From: Balanoglossus misakiensis
Lineage: Eukaryota > Animalia > Hemichordata
NCBI GenBank assembly: GCA_040954595.2
Contig: CM082586.2
Coordinates: 2,237,124 to 2,301,123, forward strand
Direction of reading: 5' to 3'
DNA length: 64,000 bases
Under the pieces are notes generated by a model that was not told the DNA's origin, made no database searches, and worked only from the letters and a program-made list of their open reading frames with translations. Made by a program: the position numbers and the translations under genes. Within the stretch, counting starts at the first letter, position 1, and the number at the start of each line of letters is the position of its first letter. Shown here in pieces: positions 35,401 through 49,540 of this stretch.

Positions 35401-38400
35401 GTCAGAAAACCACCAAATTTCGAAAATTCGCAAAGTTGAAAAATTGTCATTTCTGGGTGATTTTCATGAGCTATAACCCATGGTTTTTGTCAGAAAACCA
35501 CCAAATTTCGAAAATCCGCAAAGTCGAAAAATTGTCATTTCTGGGTGATTTTCCTGAGCTATAACCCATGGTTTTTGTCAGAAAACCACCAAATTTCGAA
35601 AATTCGCAAAGTCGAAAAATTGTCATTTCTGGGTGATTTTCATGAGCTATAACCCATGGTTTTTGTCAGAAAACCACCAAATTTCGGAAATTCGCAAAGT
35701 CGAAAAATTGTCATTTCTGGATGATTTTCATGAGCTATAACCCATGGTTTTTGTCAGAAAACCACCAAATTTCGAAAATTCGCAAAGTCGAAAAATTGTC
35801 ATTTCTGGGTGATTTTCATGAGCTATAACCCATGGTTTTTGTCAGAAAACCACCAAATTTCGAAAATTCGCAAAGTCGAAAAATTGGCATTTCTGAGTGA
35901 TTTTCATGGGCTATAACCCATGGTTTTTGTCAGAAAACCATCAAATTTCGAAAATTCGCAAAGTCGAAAAATTGTCATTTCTGGGTGATTTTCATGAGCT
36001 ATAACCCATGGTTTTTGTCAGAAAACCACCAAATTTCGAAAATTCGCAAAGTCGAAAAATTTTCATTTCTGGATGATTTTCATGGGCTATAACCCATGGT
36101 TTTTGTCAGAAAGCCATCAAATTTCGAAAATTCGCAAAGTCGAAAAATTGTCATTTCTGGATGATTTTCATGAGCTATAACCCATGGTTTTTGTCAGAAA
36201 ACCATCAAATTTCGAAAATTCGCAAAGTCGAAAAATTGTCATTTCTGGGTGATTTTCATGAGCTATAACCCATGGTTTTTGTCAGAAAACCACCAAATTT
36301 CGAAAATTCGCAAAGTCGAAAAATTGTCATTTCTGGGTGATTTTCATGAGCTATAACCCATGGTTTTTGTCAGAAAACCACCAAATTTCGAAAATTCGCA
36401 AAGTCGAAAAATTGTCATATCTGGATGATTTTCGTGAGCTATAACCCATGGTTTTTGTCAGAAAACCACCAAATTTCGAAAATTCGCAAAGTCGAAAAAT
36501 TGTCATATCTGGATAATTTTCGTGAGCTATAACCCATGGTTTTTGTCAGAAAACCACCAAATTTCGAAAATTCGCAAAGTCGAAAAATTGTCATTTCTGG
36601 ATGATTTTCATGAGCTATAACCCATGGTTTTTGTCAGAAAACCACCAAATTTCGAAAATTCGCAAAGTTGAAAAATTGTCATTTCTGGGTGATTTTCATG
36701 GGCTATAACCCATGGTTTTTGTCAGAAAACCATCAAATTTCGAAAATTCGCCAAGTCGAAAAATTGTCATTTCTGGATGATTTTCCTGAGCTATAACCCA
36801 TGGTTTTTGTCAGAAAACCACCAAATTTCGAAAATTCGCAAAGTCGAAAAATTGTCATTTCTGGGTGATTTTCATGAGCTATAACCCATGGTTTTTGTCA
36901 GAAAACCACCAAATTTCGGAAATTCGCAAAGTCGAAAAATTGTCATTTCTGGGTGATTTTCATGAGCTATAACCCATGGTTTTTGTCAGAAAACCACCAA
37001 ATTTCGAAAATTCGCAAAGTCGAAAAATTGGCATTTCTGAGTGATTTTCATGGGCTATAACCCATGGTTTTTGTCAGAAAACCATCAAATTTCGAAAATT
37101 CGCAAAGTCGAAAAATTGTCATTTCTGGGTGATTTTCATGAGCTATAACCCATGGTTTTTGTCAGAAAACCACCAAATTTCGAAAATTCGCAAAGTCGAA
37201 AAATTTTCATTTCTGGATGATTTTCATGGGCTATAACCCATGGTTTTTGTCAGAAAGCCATCAAATTTCGAAAATTCGCAAAGTCGAAAAATTGTCATTT
37301 CTGGATGATTTTCATGAGCTATAACCCATGGTTTTTGTCAGAAAACCATCACATTTCGAAAATTCGCAAAGTCGAAAAATTGTCATTTCTGGGTGATTTT
37401 CATGAGCTATAACCCATGGTTTTTGTCAGAAAACCACCAAATTTCGAAAATTCGCAAAGTCGAAAAATTGTCATTTCTGGGTGATTTTCATGAGCTATAA
37501 CCCATGGTTTTTGTCAGAAAACAACCAAATTTCGAAAATTCGCAAAGTCGAAAAATTGTCATATCTGGATGATTTTCGTGAGCTATAACCCATGGTTTTT
37601 GTCAGAAAACCACCAAATTTCGAAAATTCGCAAAGTCGAAAAATTGTCATATCTGGATAATTTTCGTGAGCTATAACCCATGGTTTTTGTCAGAAAACCA
37701 CCAAATTTCGAAAATTCGCAAAGTCGAAAAATTGTCATTTCTGGATGATTTTCATGAGCTATAACCCATGGTTTTTGTCAGAAAACCACCAAATTTCGAA
37801 AATTCGCAAAGTTGAAAAATTGTCATTTCTGGGTGATTTTCATGGGCTATAACCCATGGTTTTTGTCAGAAAACCATCAAATTTCGAAAATTCGCCAAGT
37901 CGAAAAATTGTCATTTCTGGATGATTTTCATGAGCTATAACCCATGGTTTTTGTCAGAAAACCATCAAATTTCGAAAATTCGCAAAGTCGAAAAATTGTC
38001 ATTTCTGTGTGATTTTCATAAGCTATAACCCATGGTTTTTGTCAGAAAACCACCAAATTTCGAAAATTCGCAAAGTCGAAAAATTGTCATTTCTGGATGA
38101 TTTTCATGGGCTATAACCCATGGTTTTTGTCAGAAAACCATCAAATTTCGAAAATTCGCAAAGTCGAAAAATTGTCATTTATGGATGATTTTCATGAGCT
38201 ATAACCCATGGTTTTTGTCAGAAAACCATCAAATTTCGAAAATTCGCAAAGTCGAAAAATTGTCATTTCTGGGTGATTTTCATGAGCTATAACCCATGGT
38301 TTTTGTCAGAAAACCGCCAAATTTCGAAAATTCGCAAAGTCGAAAAATTGCCATTTCTGGATGATTTTCATGGGCTATAACCCATGGTTTTTGTCAGAAA

Positions 38401-38568
38401 ACCACCAAATTTCGAAAATTCGCAAAGTCGAAAAATTGTCATTTCTGGATGATTTTCATGAGCTATAACCCATGGTTTTTGTCAGAAAACCACCAAATTT
38501 CGAAAATTCGCAAAGTCGAAAAATTGTCATTTCTGGATGATATTCATGAGCTATAACCCATGGTTTTT
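32410..38568 (+). repeat. Left arm: diverged edge monomers, D- and C-type copies, then homogeneous 88-bp A-type monomers
   Basis: A unit agctataacccatggtttttgtcagaaaaccaccaaatttcgaaaattcgcaaagtcgaaaaattgtcatttctggatgattttcatg. Confidence 0.95.
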
Positions 38569-41500
38569 ATTTTCAAAATTTGGCCATTTTTCACAAAAAT
38601 CATGTGTTATAGCCCATGAAAATCATCAAAAAATCACAATTTTCCGACTTTTTTAATTTTCAAAATTTGGCCATTTTTCACAAAAATCATGGGTTATAGC
38701 CCATGATTTTCATCAAAAAATCACAATTTTCCGACTTTTTTAATTTTCAAAATTTGGCCATTTTTCACAAAAATCATGGGTTATAACCCATGATTTTCAT
38801 CAAAAAATCACAATTTTCCGACTTTTTTAATTTTCAAAATTTGGCCATTTTTCACAAAAATCATGGGTTATAGCCCATGAAAATCATCAAAAAATCACAA
38901 TTTTCCGAATTTTTTAATTTTCAAAATTTGGCCATTTTTCACAAAAATCATGGGTTATAACCCATGATTTTCATCAAAAAATCACAATTTTCCGACTTTT
39001 TTAATTTTCAAAATTTGGCCATTTTTCACAAAAATCATGGGTTATAGCCCATGAAAATCATCAAAAAATCACAATTTTCCGACTTTTTTAATTTTCAAAA
39101 TTTGGCCATTTTTCACAAAAATCATGGGTTATAGCCCATGATTTTCATCAAAAAATCACAATTTTCCGACTTTTTTAATTTTCAAAATTTGGCCATTTTT
39201 CACAAAAATCATGGGTTATAGCCCATGATTTTCATCAAAAAATCACAATTTTCCGACTTTTTTAATTTTCAAAATTTGGCCATTTTTCACAAAAATCATG
39301 GGTTATAGCCCATGATTTTCATCAAAAAATCACAATTTTCCGACTTTTTTAATTTTCAAAATTTGGCCATTTTTCACAAAAATCATGGGTTATAGCCCAT
39401 GATTTTCATCGAAAAATCACAATTTTCCGACTTTTTTAATTTTCAAAATTTGGCCATTTTTCACAAAAATCATGGGTTATAGCCCATGATTTTCATCAAA
39501 AAATCACAATTTTCCGACTTTTTTAATTTTCAAAATTTGGCCATTTTTCACAAAAATCATGGGTTATAGCCCATGATTTTCATCAAAAAATCACAATTTT
39601 CCGACTTTTTTAATTTTCAAAATTTGGCCATTTTTCACAAAAATCATGGGTTATAGCCCATGATTTTCATCAAAAAATCACAATTTTCCGACTTTTTTAA
39701 TTTTCAAAATTTGGCCATTTTTCACAAAAATCATGGGTTATAGCCCATGATTTTCATCAAAAAATCACAATTTTCCGACTTTTTTAATTTTCAAAATTTG
39801 GCCATTTTTCACAAAAATCATGGGTTATAGCCCATGAAAATCATCAAAAAATCACAATTTTCCGACTTTTTTAATTTTCAAAATTTGGCCATTTTTCACA
39901 AAAATCATGGGTTATAGCCCATGAAAATCATCAAAAAATCACAATTTTCCGACTTTTTTAATTTTCAAAATTTGGCCATTTTTCACAAAAATCATGGGTT
40001 ATAGCCCATGATTTTCATCAAAAAATCACAATTTTCCGACTGTTTTAATTTTCAAAATTTGGCCATTTTTCACAAAAATCATGGGTTATAGCCCATGATT
40101 TTCATCAAAAAATCACAATTTTCCGACTTTTTTAATTTTCAAAATTTGGCCATTTTTCACAAAAATCATGGGTTATAGCCCATGATTTTCATCAAAAAAT
40201 CACAATTTTCCGACTTTTTTAATTTTCAAAATTTGGCCATTTTTCACAAAAATCATGGGTTATAGCCCATGATTTTCATCAAAAAATCACAATTTTCCGA
40301 CTTTTTTAATTTTCAAAATTTGGCCATTTTTCACAAAAATCATGGGTTATAGCCCATGATTTTCATCAAAAAATCACAATTTTCCGACTTTTTTAATTTT
40401 CAAAATTTGGCCATTTTTCACAAAAATCATGGGTTATAGCCCATGATTTTCATCAAAAAATCACAATTTTCCGACTTTTTTAATTTTCAAAATTTGGCCA
40501 TTTTTCACAAAAATCATGGGTTATAGCCCATGAAAATCATCAAAAAATCACAATTTTCCGACTTTTTTAATTTTCAAAATTTGGCCATTTTTCACAAAAA
40601 TCATGGGTTATAGCCCATGATTTTCATCAAAAAATCACAATTTTCCGACTGTTTTAATTTTCAAAATTTGGCCATTTTTCACAAAAATCAAGGGTTATAG
40701 CCAATGATTTTCATCAAAAAATCACAATTTTCCGACTTTTTTAATTTTCAAAATTTGGCCATTTTTCACAAAAATCATGGGTTATAGCCCATGATTTTCA
40801 TCAAAAAATCACAATTTTCCGACTTTTTTAATTTTCAAAATTTGGCCATTTTTCACAAAAATCATGGGTTATAGCCCATGAAAATCATCAAAAAATCACA
40901 ATTTTCCGACTTTTTTAATTTTCAAAATTTGGCCATTTTTCACAAAAATCATGGGTTATAGCCCATGAAAATCATCAAAAAATCACAATTTTCCGACTTT
41001 TTTAATTTTCAAAATTTGGCCATTTTTCACAAAAATCATGGGTTATAGCCCATGATTTTCATCAAAAAATCACAATTTTCCGACTGTTTTAATTTTCAAA
41101 ATTTGGCCATTTTTCACAAAAATCATGGGTTATAGCCCATGATTTTCATCAAAAAATCACAATTTTCCGACTTTTTTAATTTTCAAAATTTGGCCATTTT
41201 TCACAAAAATCATGGGTTATAGCCCATGATTTTCATCAAAAAATCACAATTTTCCGACTTTTTTAATTTTCAAAATTTGGCCATTTTTCACAAAAATCAT
41301 GGGTTATAGCCCATGATTTTCATCAAAAAATCACAATTTTCCGACTTTTTTAATTTTCAAAATTTGGCCATTTTTCACAAAAATCATGGGTTATAGCCCA
41401 TGATTTTCATCAAAAAATCACAATTTTCCGACTTTTTTAATTTTCAAAATTTGGCCATTTTTCACAAAAATCATGGGTTATAGCCCATGATTTTCATCAA

Positions 41501-44500
41501 AAAATCACAATTTTCCGACTTTTTTAATTTTCAAAATTTGGCCATTTTTCACAAAAATCATGGGTTATAGCCCATGAAAATCATCAAAAAATCACAATTT
41601 TCCGACTTTTTTAATTTTCAAAATTTGGCCATTTTTCACAAAAATCATGGGTTATAGCCCATGATTTTCATCAAAAAATCACAATTTTCCGACTGTTTTA
41701 ATTTTCAAAATTTGGCCATTTTTCACAAAAATCAAGGGTTATAGCCAATGATTTTCATCAAAAAATCACAATTTTCCGACTTTTTTAATTTTCAAAATTT
41801 GGCCATTTTTCACAAAAATCATGGGTTATAGCCCATGATTTTCATCAAAAAATCACAATTTTCCGACTTTTTTAATTTTCAAAATTTGGCCATTTTTCAC
41901 AAAAATCATGGGTTATAGCCCATGAAAATCATCAAAAAATCACAATTTTCCGACTTTTTTAATTTTCAAAATTTGGCCATTTTTCACAAAAATCATGGGT
42001 TATAGCCCATGATTTTCATCAAAAAATCACAATTTTCCGACTTTTTTAATTTTCAAAATTTGGCCATTTTTCACAAAAATCATGGGTTATAGCCCATGAT
42101 TTTCATCAAAAAATCACAATTTTCCGACTTTTTTAATTTTCAAAATTTGGCCATTATTCACAAAAATCATGGGTTATAGGCCATGATTTTCATCAAAAAA
42201 TCACAATTTTCCGACTTTTTTAATTTTCAAAATTTGGCCATTTTTCACAAAAATCATGGGTTATAGCCCATGAAAATCATCAAAAAATCACAATTTTCCG
42301 ACTTTTTTAATTTTCAAAATTTGGCCATTTTTCACAAAAATCATGGGTTATAGCCCATGATTTTCATCAAAAAATCACAATTTTCCGACTGTTTTAATTT
42401 TCAAAATTTGGCCATTTTTCACAAAAATCATGGGTTATAACCCATGATTTTCATCAAAAAATCACAATTTTCCGACTTTTTTAATTTTCAAAATTTGGCC
42501 ATTTTTCACAAAAATCATGGGTTATAGCCCATGAAAATCATCAAAAAATCACAATTTTCCGACTTTTTTAATTTTCAAAATTTGGCCATTTTTCACAAAA
42601 ATCATGGGTTACAGCCCATGATTTTCATCAAAAAATCACAATTTTCCGACTTTTTTAATTTTCAAAATTTGGCCATTTTTCACAAAAATCATGGGTTATA
42701 GCCCATGATTTTCATCAAAAAATCACAATTTTCCGACTTTTTTAATTTTCAAAATTTGGCCATTTTTCACAAAAATCATGGGTTATAGCCCATGATTTTC
42801 ATCAAAAAATCACAATTTTCCGACTTTTTTAATTTTCAAAATTTGGCCATTTTTCACAAAAATCATGGGTTATAGCCAATGATTTTCATCGAAAAATCAC
42901 AATTTTCCGACTTTTTTAATTTTCAAAATTTGGCCATTTTTCACAAAAATCATGGGTTATAGCCCATGATTTTCATCAAAAAATCACAATTTTCCGACTT
43001 TTTTAATTTTCAAAATTTGGCCATTTTTCACAAAAATCATGGGTTATAGCCCATGATTTTCATCAAAAAATCACAATTTTCCGACTTTTTTAATTTTCAA
43101 AATTTGGCCATTTTTCACAAAAATCATGGGTTATAGCCCATGATTTTCATCAAAAAATCACAATTTTCCGACTTTTTTAATTTTCAAAATTTGGCCATTT
43201 TTCACAAAAATCATGGGTTATAGCCCATGATTTTCATCAAAAAATCACAATTTTCCGACTTTTTTAATTTTCAAAATTTGGCCATTTTTCACAAAAATCA
43301 TTGGTTATAGCCCATGATTTTCATCAAAAAATCACAATTTTCCGACTTTTTTAATTTTCAAAATTTGGCCATTTTTCACAAAAATCATGGGTTATAGCCC
43401 ATGATTTTCATCAAAAAATCATAATTTTCCGACTTTTTTAATTTTCAAAATTTGGCCATTTTTCACAAAAATCATGGGTTATAGCCCATGATTTTCATCA
43501 AAAAATCACAATTTTCCGACTTTTTTAATTTTCAAAATTTGGCCATTTTTCACAAAAATCATGGGTTATAGCCCATGAAAATCATCAAAAAATCACAATT
43601 TTCCGACTGTTTTAATTTTCAAAATTTGGCCATTTTTCACAAAAATCATGGGTTATAGCCCATGATTTTCATCAAAAAATCACAATTTTCCGACTGTTTT
43701 AATTTTCAAAATTTGGCCATTTTTCACAAAAATCATGGGTTATAGCCCATGATTTTCATCAAAAAATCACAATTTTCCGACTTTTTTAATTTTCAAAATT
43801 TGGCCATTTTTCACAAAAATCATGGGTTATAGCCCATGATTTTCATCAAAAAATCACAATTTTCCGACTTTTTTAATTTTCAAAATTTGGCCATTTTTCA
43901 CAAAAATCATGGGTTATAGCCCATGAAAATCATCAAAAAATCACAATTTTCCGACTTTTTTAATTTTCAAAATTTGGCCATTTTTCACAAAAATCATGGG
44001 TTATAGCCCATGATTTTCATCAAAAAATCACAATTTTCCGACTGTTTTAATTTTCAAAATTTGGCCATTTTTCACAAAAATCATGGGTTATAGCCCATGA
44101 TTTTCATCAAAAAATCACAATTTTCCGACTTTTTTAATTTTCAAAATTTGGCCATTTTTCACAAAAATCATGGGTTATAGCCCATGATTTTCATCAAAAA
44201 ATCACAATTTTCCGACTTTTTTAATTTTCAAAATTTGGCCATTTTTCACAAAAATCATGGGTTATAGCCCATGATTTTCATCAAAAAATCACAATTTTCC
44301 GACTTTTTTAATTTTCAAAATTTGGCCATTTTTCACAAAAATCATGGGTTATAGCCCATGATTTTCATCAAAAAATCACAATTTTCCGACTTTTTTAATT
44401 TTCAAAATTTGGCCATTTTTCACAAAAATCATGGGTTATAGCCCATGATTTTCATCAAAAAATCACAATTTTCCGACTTTTTTAATTTTCAAAATTTGGC

Positions 44501-47500
44501 CATTTTTCACAAAAATCATGGGTTATAGCCCATGAAAATCATCAAAAAATCACAATTTTCCGACTTTTTTAATTTTCAAAATTTGGCCATTTTTCACAAA
44601 AATCATGGGTTATAGCCCATGATTTTCATCAAAAAATCACAATTTTCCGACTTTTTTAATTTTCAAAATTTGGCCATTTTTCACAAAAATCATAGGTTAT
44701 AGCCCATGATTTTCATCAAAAAATCACAATTTTCCGACTTTTTTAATTTTCAAAATTTGGCCATTTTTCACAAAAATCATGGGTTATAGCCCATGATTTT
44801 CATCAAAAAATCACAATTTTCCGACTTTTTTAATTTTCAAAATTTGGCCATTTTTCACAAAAATCATGGGTTATAGCCCATGAAAATCATCAAAAAATCA
44901 CAATTTTCCGACTTTTTTAATTTTCAAAATTTGGCCATTTTTCACAAAAATCATGGGTTATAGCCCATGAAAATCATCAAAAAATCACAATTTTCCGACT
45001 TTTTTAATTTTCAAAATTTGGCCATTTTTCACAAAAATCATGGGTTATAGCCCATGATTTTCATCAAAAAATCACAATTTTCCGACTTTTTTAATTTTCA
45101 AAATTTGGCCATTTTTCACAAAAATCATGGGTTATAGGCCATGATTTTCATCAAAAAATCACAATTTTCCGACTTTTTTAATTTTCAAAATTTGGCCATT
45201 TTTCACAAAAATCATGGGTTATAGCCCATGATTTTCATCAAAAAATCACAATTTTCCGACTTTTTTAATTTTCAAAATTTGGCCATTTTTCACAAAAATC
45301 ATGGGTTATAGCCCATGATTTTCATCAAAAAATCACAATTTTCCGACTTTTTTAATTTTCAAAATTTGGCCATTTTTCACAAAAATCATGGGTTATAGCC
45401 CATGAAAATCATCAAAAAATCACAATTTTCCGACTTTTTTAATTTCCAAAATTTGGCCATTTTTCACAAAAATCATGGGTTATAGCCCATGATTTTCATC
45501 AAAAAATCACAATTTTCCGACTTTTTTAATTTTCAAAATTTGGCCATTTTTCACAAAAATCATAGGTTATAGCCCATGATTTTCATCAAAAAATCACAAT
45601 TTTCCGACTTTTTTAATTTTCAAAATTTGGCCATTTTTCACAAAAATCATGGGTTATAGCCCATGATTTTCATCAAAAAATCACAATTTTCCGACTTTTT
45701 TAATTTTCAAAATTTGGCCATTTTTCACAAAAATCATGGGTTATAGCCCATGATTTTCATCAAAAAATCACAATTTTCCGACTGTTTTAATTTTCAAAAT
45801 TTGGCCATTTTTCACAAAAATCATGGGTTATAGCCCATGATTTTCATCAAAAAATCACAATTTTCCGACTTTTTTAATTTTCAAAATTTGGCCATTTTTC
45901 ACAAAAATCATGGGTTATAGCCCATGATTTTCATCAAAAAATCACAATTTTCCGACTTTTTTAATTTTCAAAATTTGGCCATTTTTCACAAAAATCATGG
46001 GTTATAGCCCATGATTTTCATCAAAAAATCACAATTTTCCGACTTTTTTAATTTTCAAAATTTGGCCATTTTTCACAAAAATCATGGGTTATAGCCCATG
46101 ATTTTCATCAAAAAATCACAATTTTCCGACTTTTTTAATTTTCAAAATTTGGCCATTTTTCACAAAAATCATGGGTTATAGCCCATGATTTTCATCAAAA
46201 AATCACAATTTTCCGACTTTTTTAATTTTCAAAATTTGGCCATTTTTCACAAAAATCATTGGTTATAGCCCATGATTTTCATCAAAAAATCACAATTTTC
46301 CGACTTTTTTAATTTTCAAAATTTGGCCATTTTTCACAAAAATCATGGGTTATAGCCCATGATTTTCATCAAAAAATCATAATTTTCCGACTTTTTTAAT
46401 TTTCAAAATTTGGCCATTTTTCACAAAAATCATGGGTTATAGCCCATGATTTTCATCAAAAAATCACAATTTTCCGACTTTTTTAATTTTCAAAATTTGG
46501 CCATTTTTCACAAAAATCATGGGTTATAGCCCATGAAAATCATCAAAAAATCACAATTTTCCGACTGTTTTAATTTTCAAAATTTGGCCATTTTTCACAA
46601 AAATCATGGGTTATAGCCCATGATTTTCATCAAAAAATCACAATTTTCCGACTGTTTTAATTTTCAAAATTTGGCCATTTTTCACAAAAATCATGGGTTA
46701 TAGCCCATGATTTTCATCAAAAAATCACAATTTTCCGACTTTTTTAATTTTCAAAATTTGGCCATTTTTCACAAAAATCATGGGTTATAGCCCATGATTT
46801 TCATCAAAAAATCACAATTTTCCGACTTTTTTAATTTTCAAAATTTGGCCATTTTTCACAAAAATCATGGGTTATAGCCCATGAAAATCATCAAAAAATC
46901 ACAATTTTCCGACTTTTTTAATTTTCAAAATTTGGCCATTTTTCACAAAAATCATGGGTTATAGCCCATGATTTTCATCAAAAAATCACAATTTTCCGAC
47001 TGTTTTAATTTTCAAAATTTGGCCATTTTTCACAAAAATCATGGGTTATAGCCCATGATTTTCATCAAAAAATCACAATTTTCCGACTTTTTTAATTTTC
47101 AAAATTTGGCCATTTTTCACAAAAATCATGGGTTATAGCCCATGATTTTCATCAAAAAATCACAATTTTCCGACTTTTTTAATTTTCAAAATTTGGCCAT
47201 TTTTCACAAAAATCATGGGTTATAGCCCATGATTTTCATCAAAAAATCACAATTTTCCGACTTTTTTAATTTTCAAAATTTGGCCATTTTTCACAAAAAT
47301 CATGGGTTATAGCCCATGATTTTCATCAAAAAATCACAATTTTCCGACTTTTTTAATTTTCAAAATTTGGCCATTTTTCACAAAAATCATGGGTTATAGC
47401 CCATGATTTTCATCAAAAAATCACAATTTTCCGACTTTTTTAATTTTCAAAATTTGGCCATTTTTCACAAAAATCATGGGTTATAGCCCATGAAAATCAT

Positions 47501-49540
47501 CAAAAAATCACAATTTACCGACTTTTTTAATTTTCAAAATTTGGCCATTTTTCACAAAAATCATGGGTTATAGCCCATGATTTTCATCAAAAAATCACAA
47601 TTTTCCGACTTTTTTAATTTTCAAAATTTGGCCATTTTTCACAAAAATCATAGGTTATAGCCCATGATTTTCATCAAAAAATCACAATTTTCCGACTTTT
47701 TTAATTTTCAAAATTTGGCCATTTTTCACAAAAATCATGGGTTATAGCCCATGATTTTCATCAAAAAATCACAATTTTCCGACTTTTTTAATTTTCAAAA
47801 TTTGGCCATTTTTCACAAAAATCATGGGTTATAGCCCATGAAAATCATCAAAAAATCACAATTTTCCGACTTTTTTAATTTTCAAAATTTGGCCATTTTT
47901 CACAAAAATCATGGGTTATAGCCCATGAAAATCATCAAAAAATCACAATTTTCCGACTTTTTTAATTTTCAAAATTTGGCCATTTTTCACAAAAATCATG
48001 GGTTATAGCCCATGATTTTCATCAAAAAATCACAATTTTCCGACTTTTTTAATTTTCAAAATTTGGCCATTTTTCACAAAAATCATGGGTTATAGGCCAT
48101 GATTTTCATCAAAAAATCACAATTTTCCGACTTTTTTAATTTTCAAAATTTGGCCATTTTTCACAAAAATCATGGGTTATAGCCCATGATTTTCATCAAA
48201 AAATCACAATTTTCCGACTTTTTTAATTTTCAAAATTTGGCCATTTTTCACAAAAATCATGGGTTATAGCCCATGATTTTCATCAAAAAATCACAATTTT
48301 CCGACTTTTTTAATTTTCAAAATTTGGCCATTTTTCACAAAAATCATGGGTTATAGCCCATGAAAATCATCAAAAAATCACAATTTTCCGACTTTTTTAA
48401 TTTCCAAAATTTGGCCATTTTTCACAAAAATCATGGGTTATAGCCCATGATTTTCATCAAAAAATCACAATTTTCCGACTTTTTTAATTTTCAAAATTTG
48501 GCCATTTTTCACAAAAATCATAGGTTATAGCCCATGATTTTCATCAAAAAATCACAATTTTCCGACTTTTTTAATTTTCAAAATTTGGCCATTTTTCACA
48601 AAAATCATGGGTTATAGCCCATGATTTTCATCAAAAAATCACAATTTTCCGACTTTTTTAATTTTCAAAATTTGGCCATTTTTCACAAAAATCATGGGTT
48701 ATAGCCCATGAAAATCATCAAAAAATCACAATTTTCCGACTTTTTTAATTTTCAAAATTTGGCCATTTTTCACAAAAATCATGGGTTATAGCCCATGATT
48801 TTCATCAAAAAATCACAATTTTCCGACTGTTTTAATTTTCAAAATTTGGCCATTTTTCACAAAAATCATGGGTTATAGCCCATGAAAATCATCAAAAAAT
48901 CACAATTTTCCGACTGTTTTAATTTTCAAAATTTGGCCATTTTACACAAAAATCATGGGTTATAGCCCATGAAAATCATCAAAAAATCACAATTTTCCGA
49001 CTTTTTTAATTTTCAAAATTTGGCCATTTTTCACAAAAATCATGGGTTATAGCCCATGATTTTCATCAAAAAATCACAATTTTCCGACTTTTTTAATTTT
49101 CAAAATTTGGCCATTTTTCACAAAAATCATGGGTTATAGCCCATGAAAATCATCAAAAAATCACAATTTTCCGACTTTTTTAATTTTCAAAATTTGGCCA
49201 TTTTTCACAAAAATCATGGGTTATAGCCCATGATTTTCATCAAAAAATCACAATTTTCCGACTGTTTTAATTTTCAAAATTTGGCCATTTTTCACAAAAA
49301 TCATGGGTTATAGCCCATGATTTTCATCAAAAAATCACAATTTTCCGACTTTTTTAATTTTCAAAATTTGGCCATTTTTCACAAAAATCATGGGTTATAG
49401 CCCATGATTTTCATCAAAAAATCACAATTTTCCGACTTTTTTAATTTTCAAAATTTGGCCATTTTTCACAAAAATCATGGGTTATAGCCCATGATTTTCA
49501 TCAAAAAATCACAATTTTCCGACTTTTTTAATTTTCAAAA
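38569..49540 (-). repeat. Central domain: 87-bp B-type monomers, opposite orientation to the left arm
   Basis: B unit aaaaatcatgggttatagcccatgattttcatcaaaaaatcacaattttccgacttttttaattttcaaaatttggccatttttcac. Confidence 0.95.
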
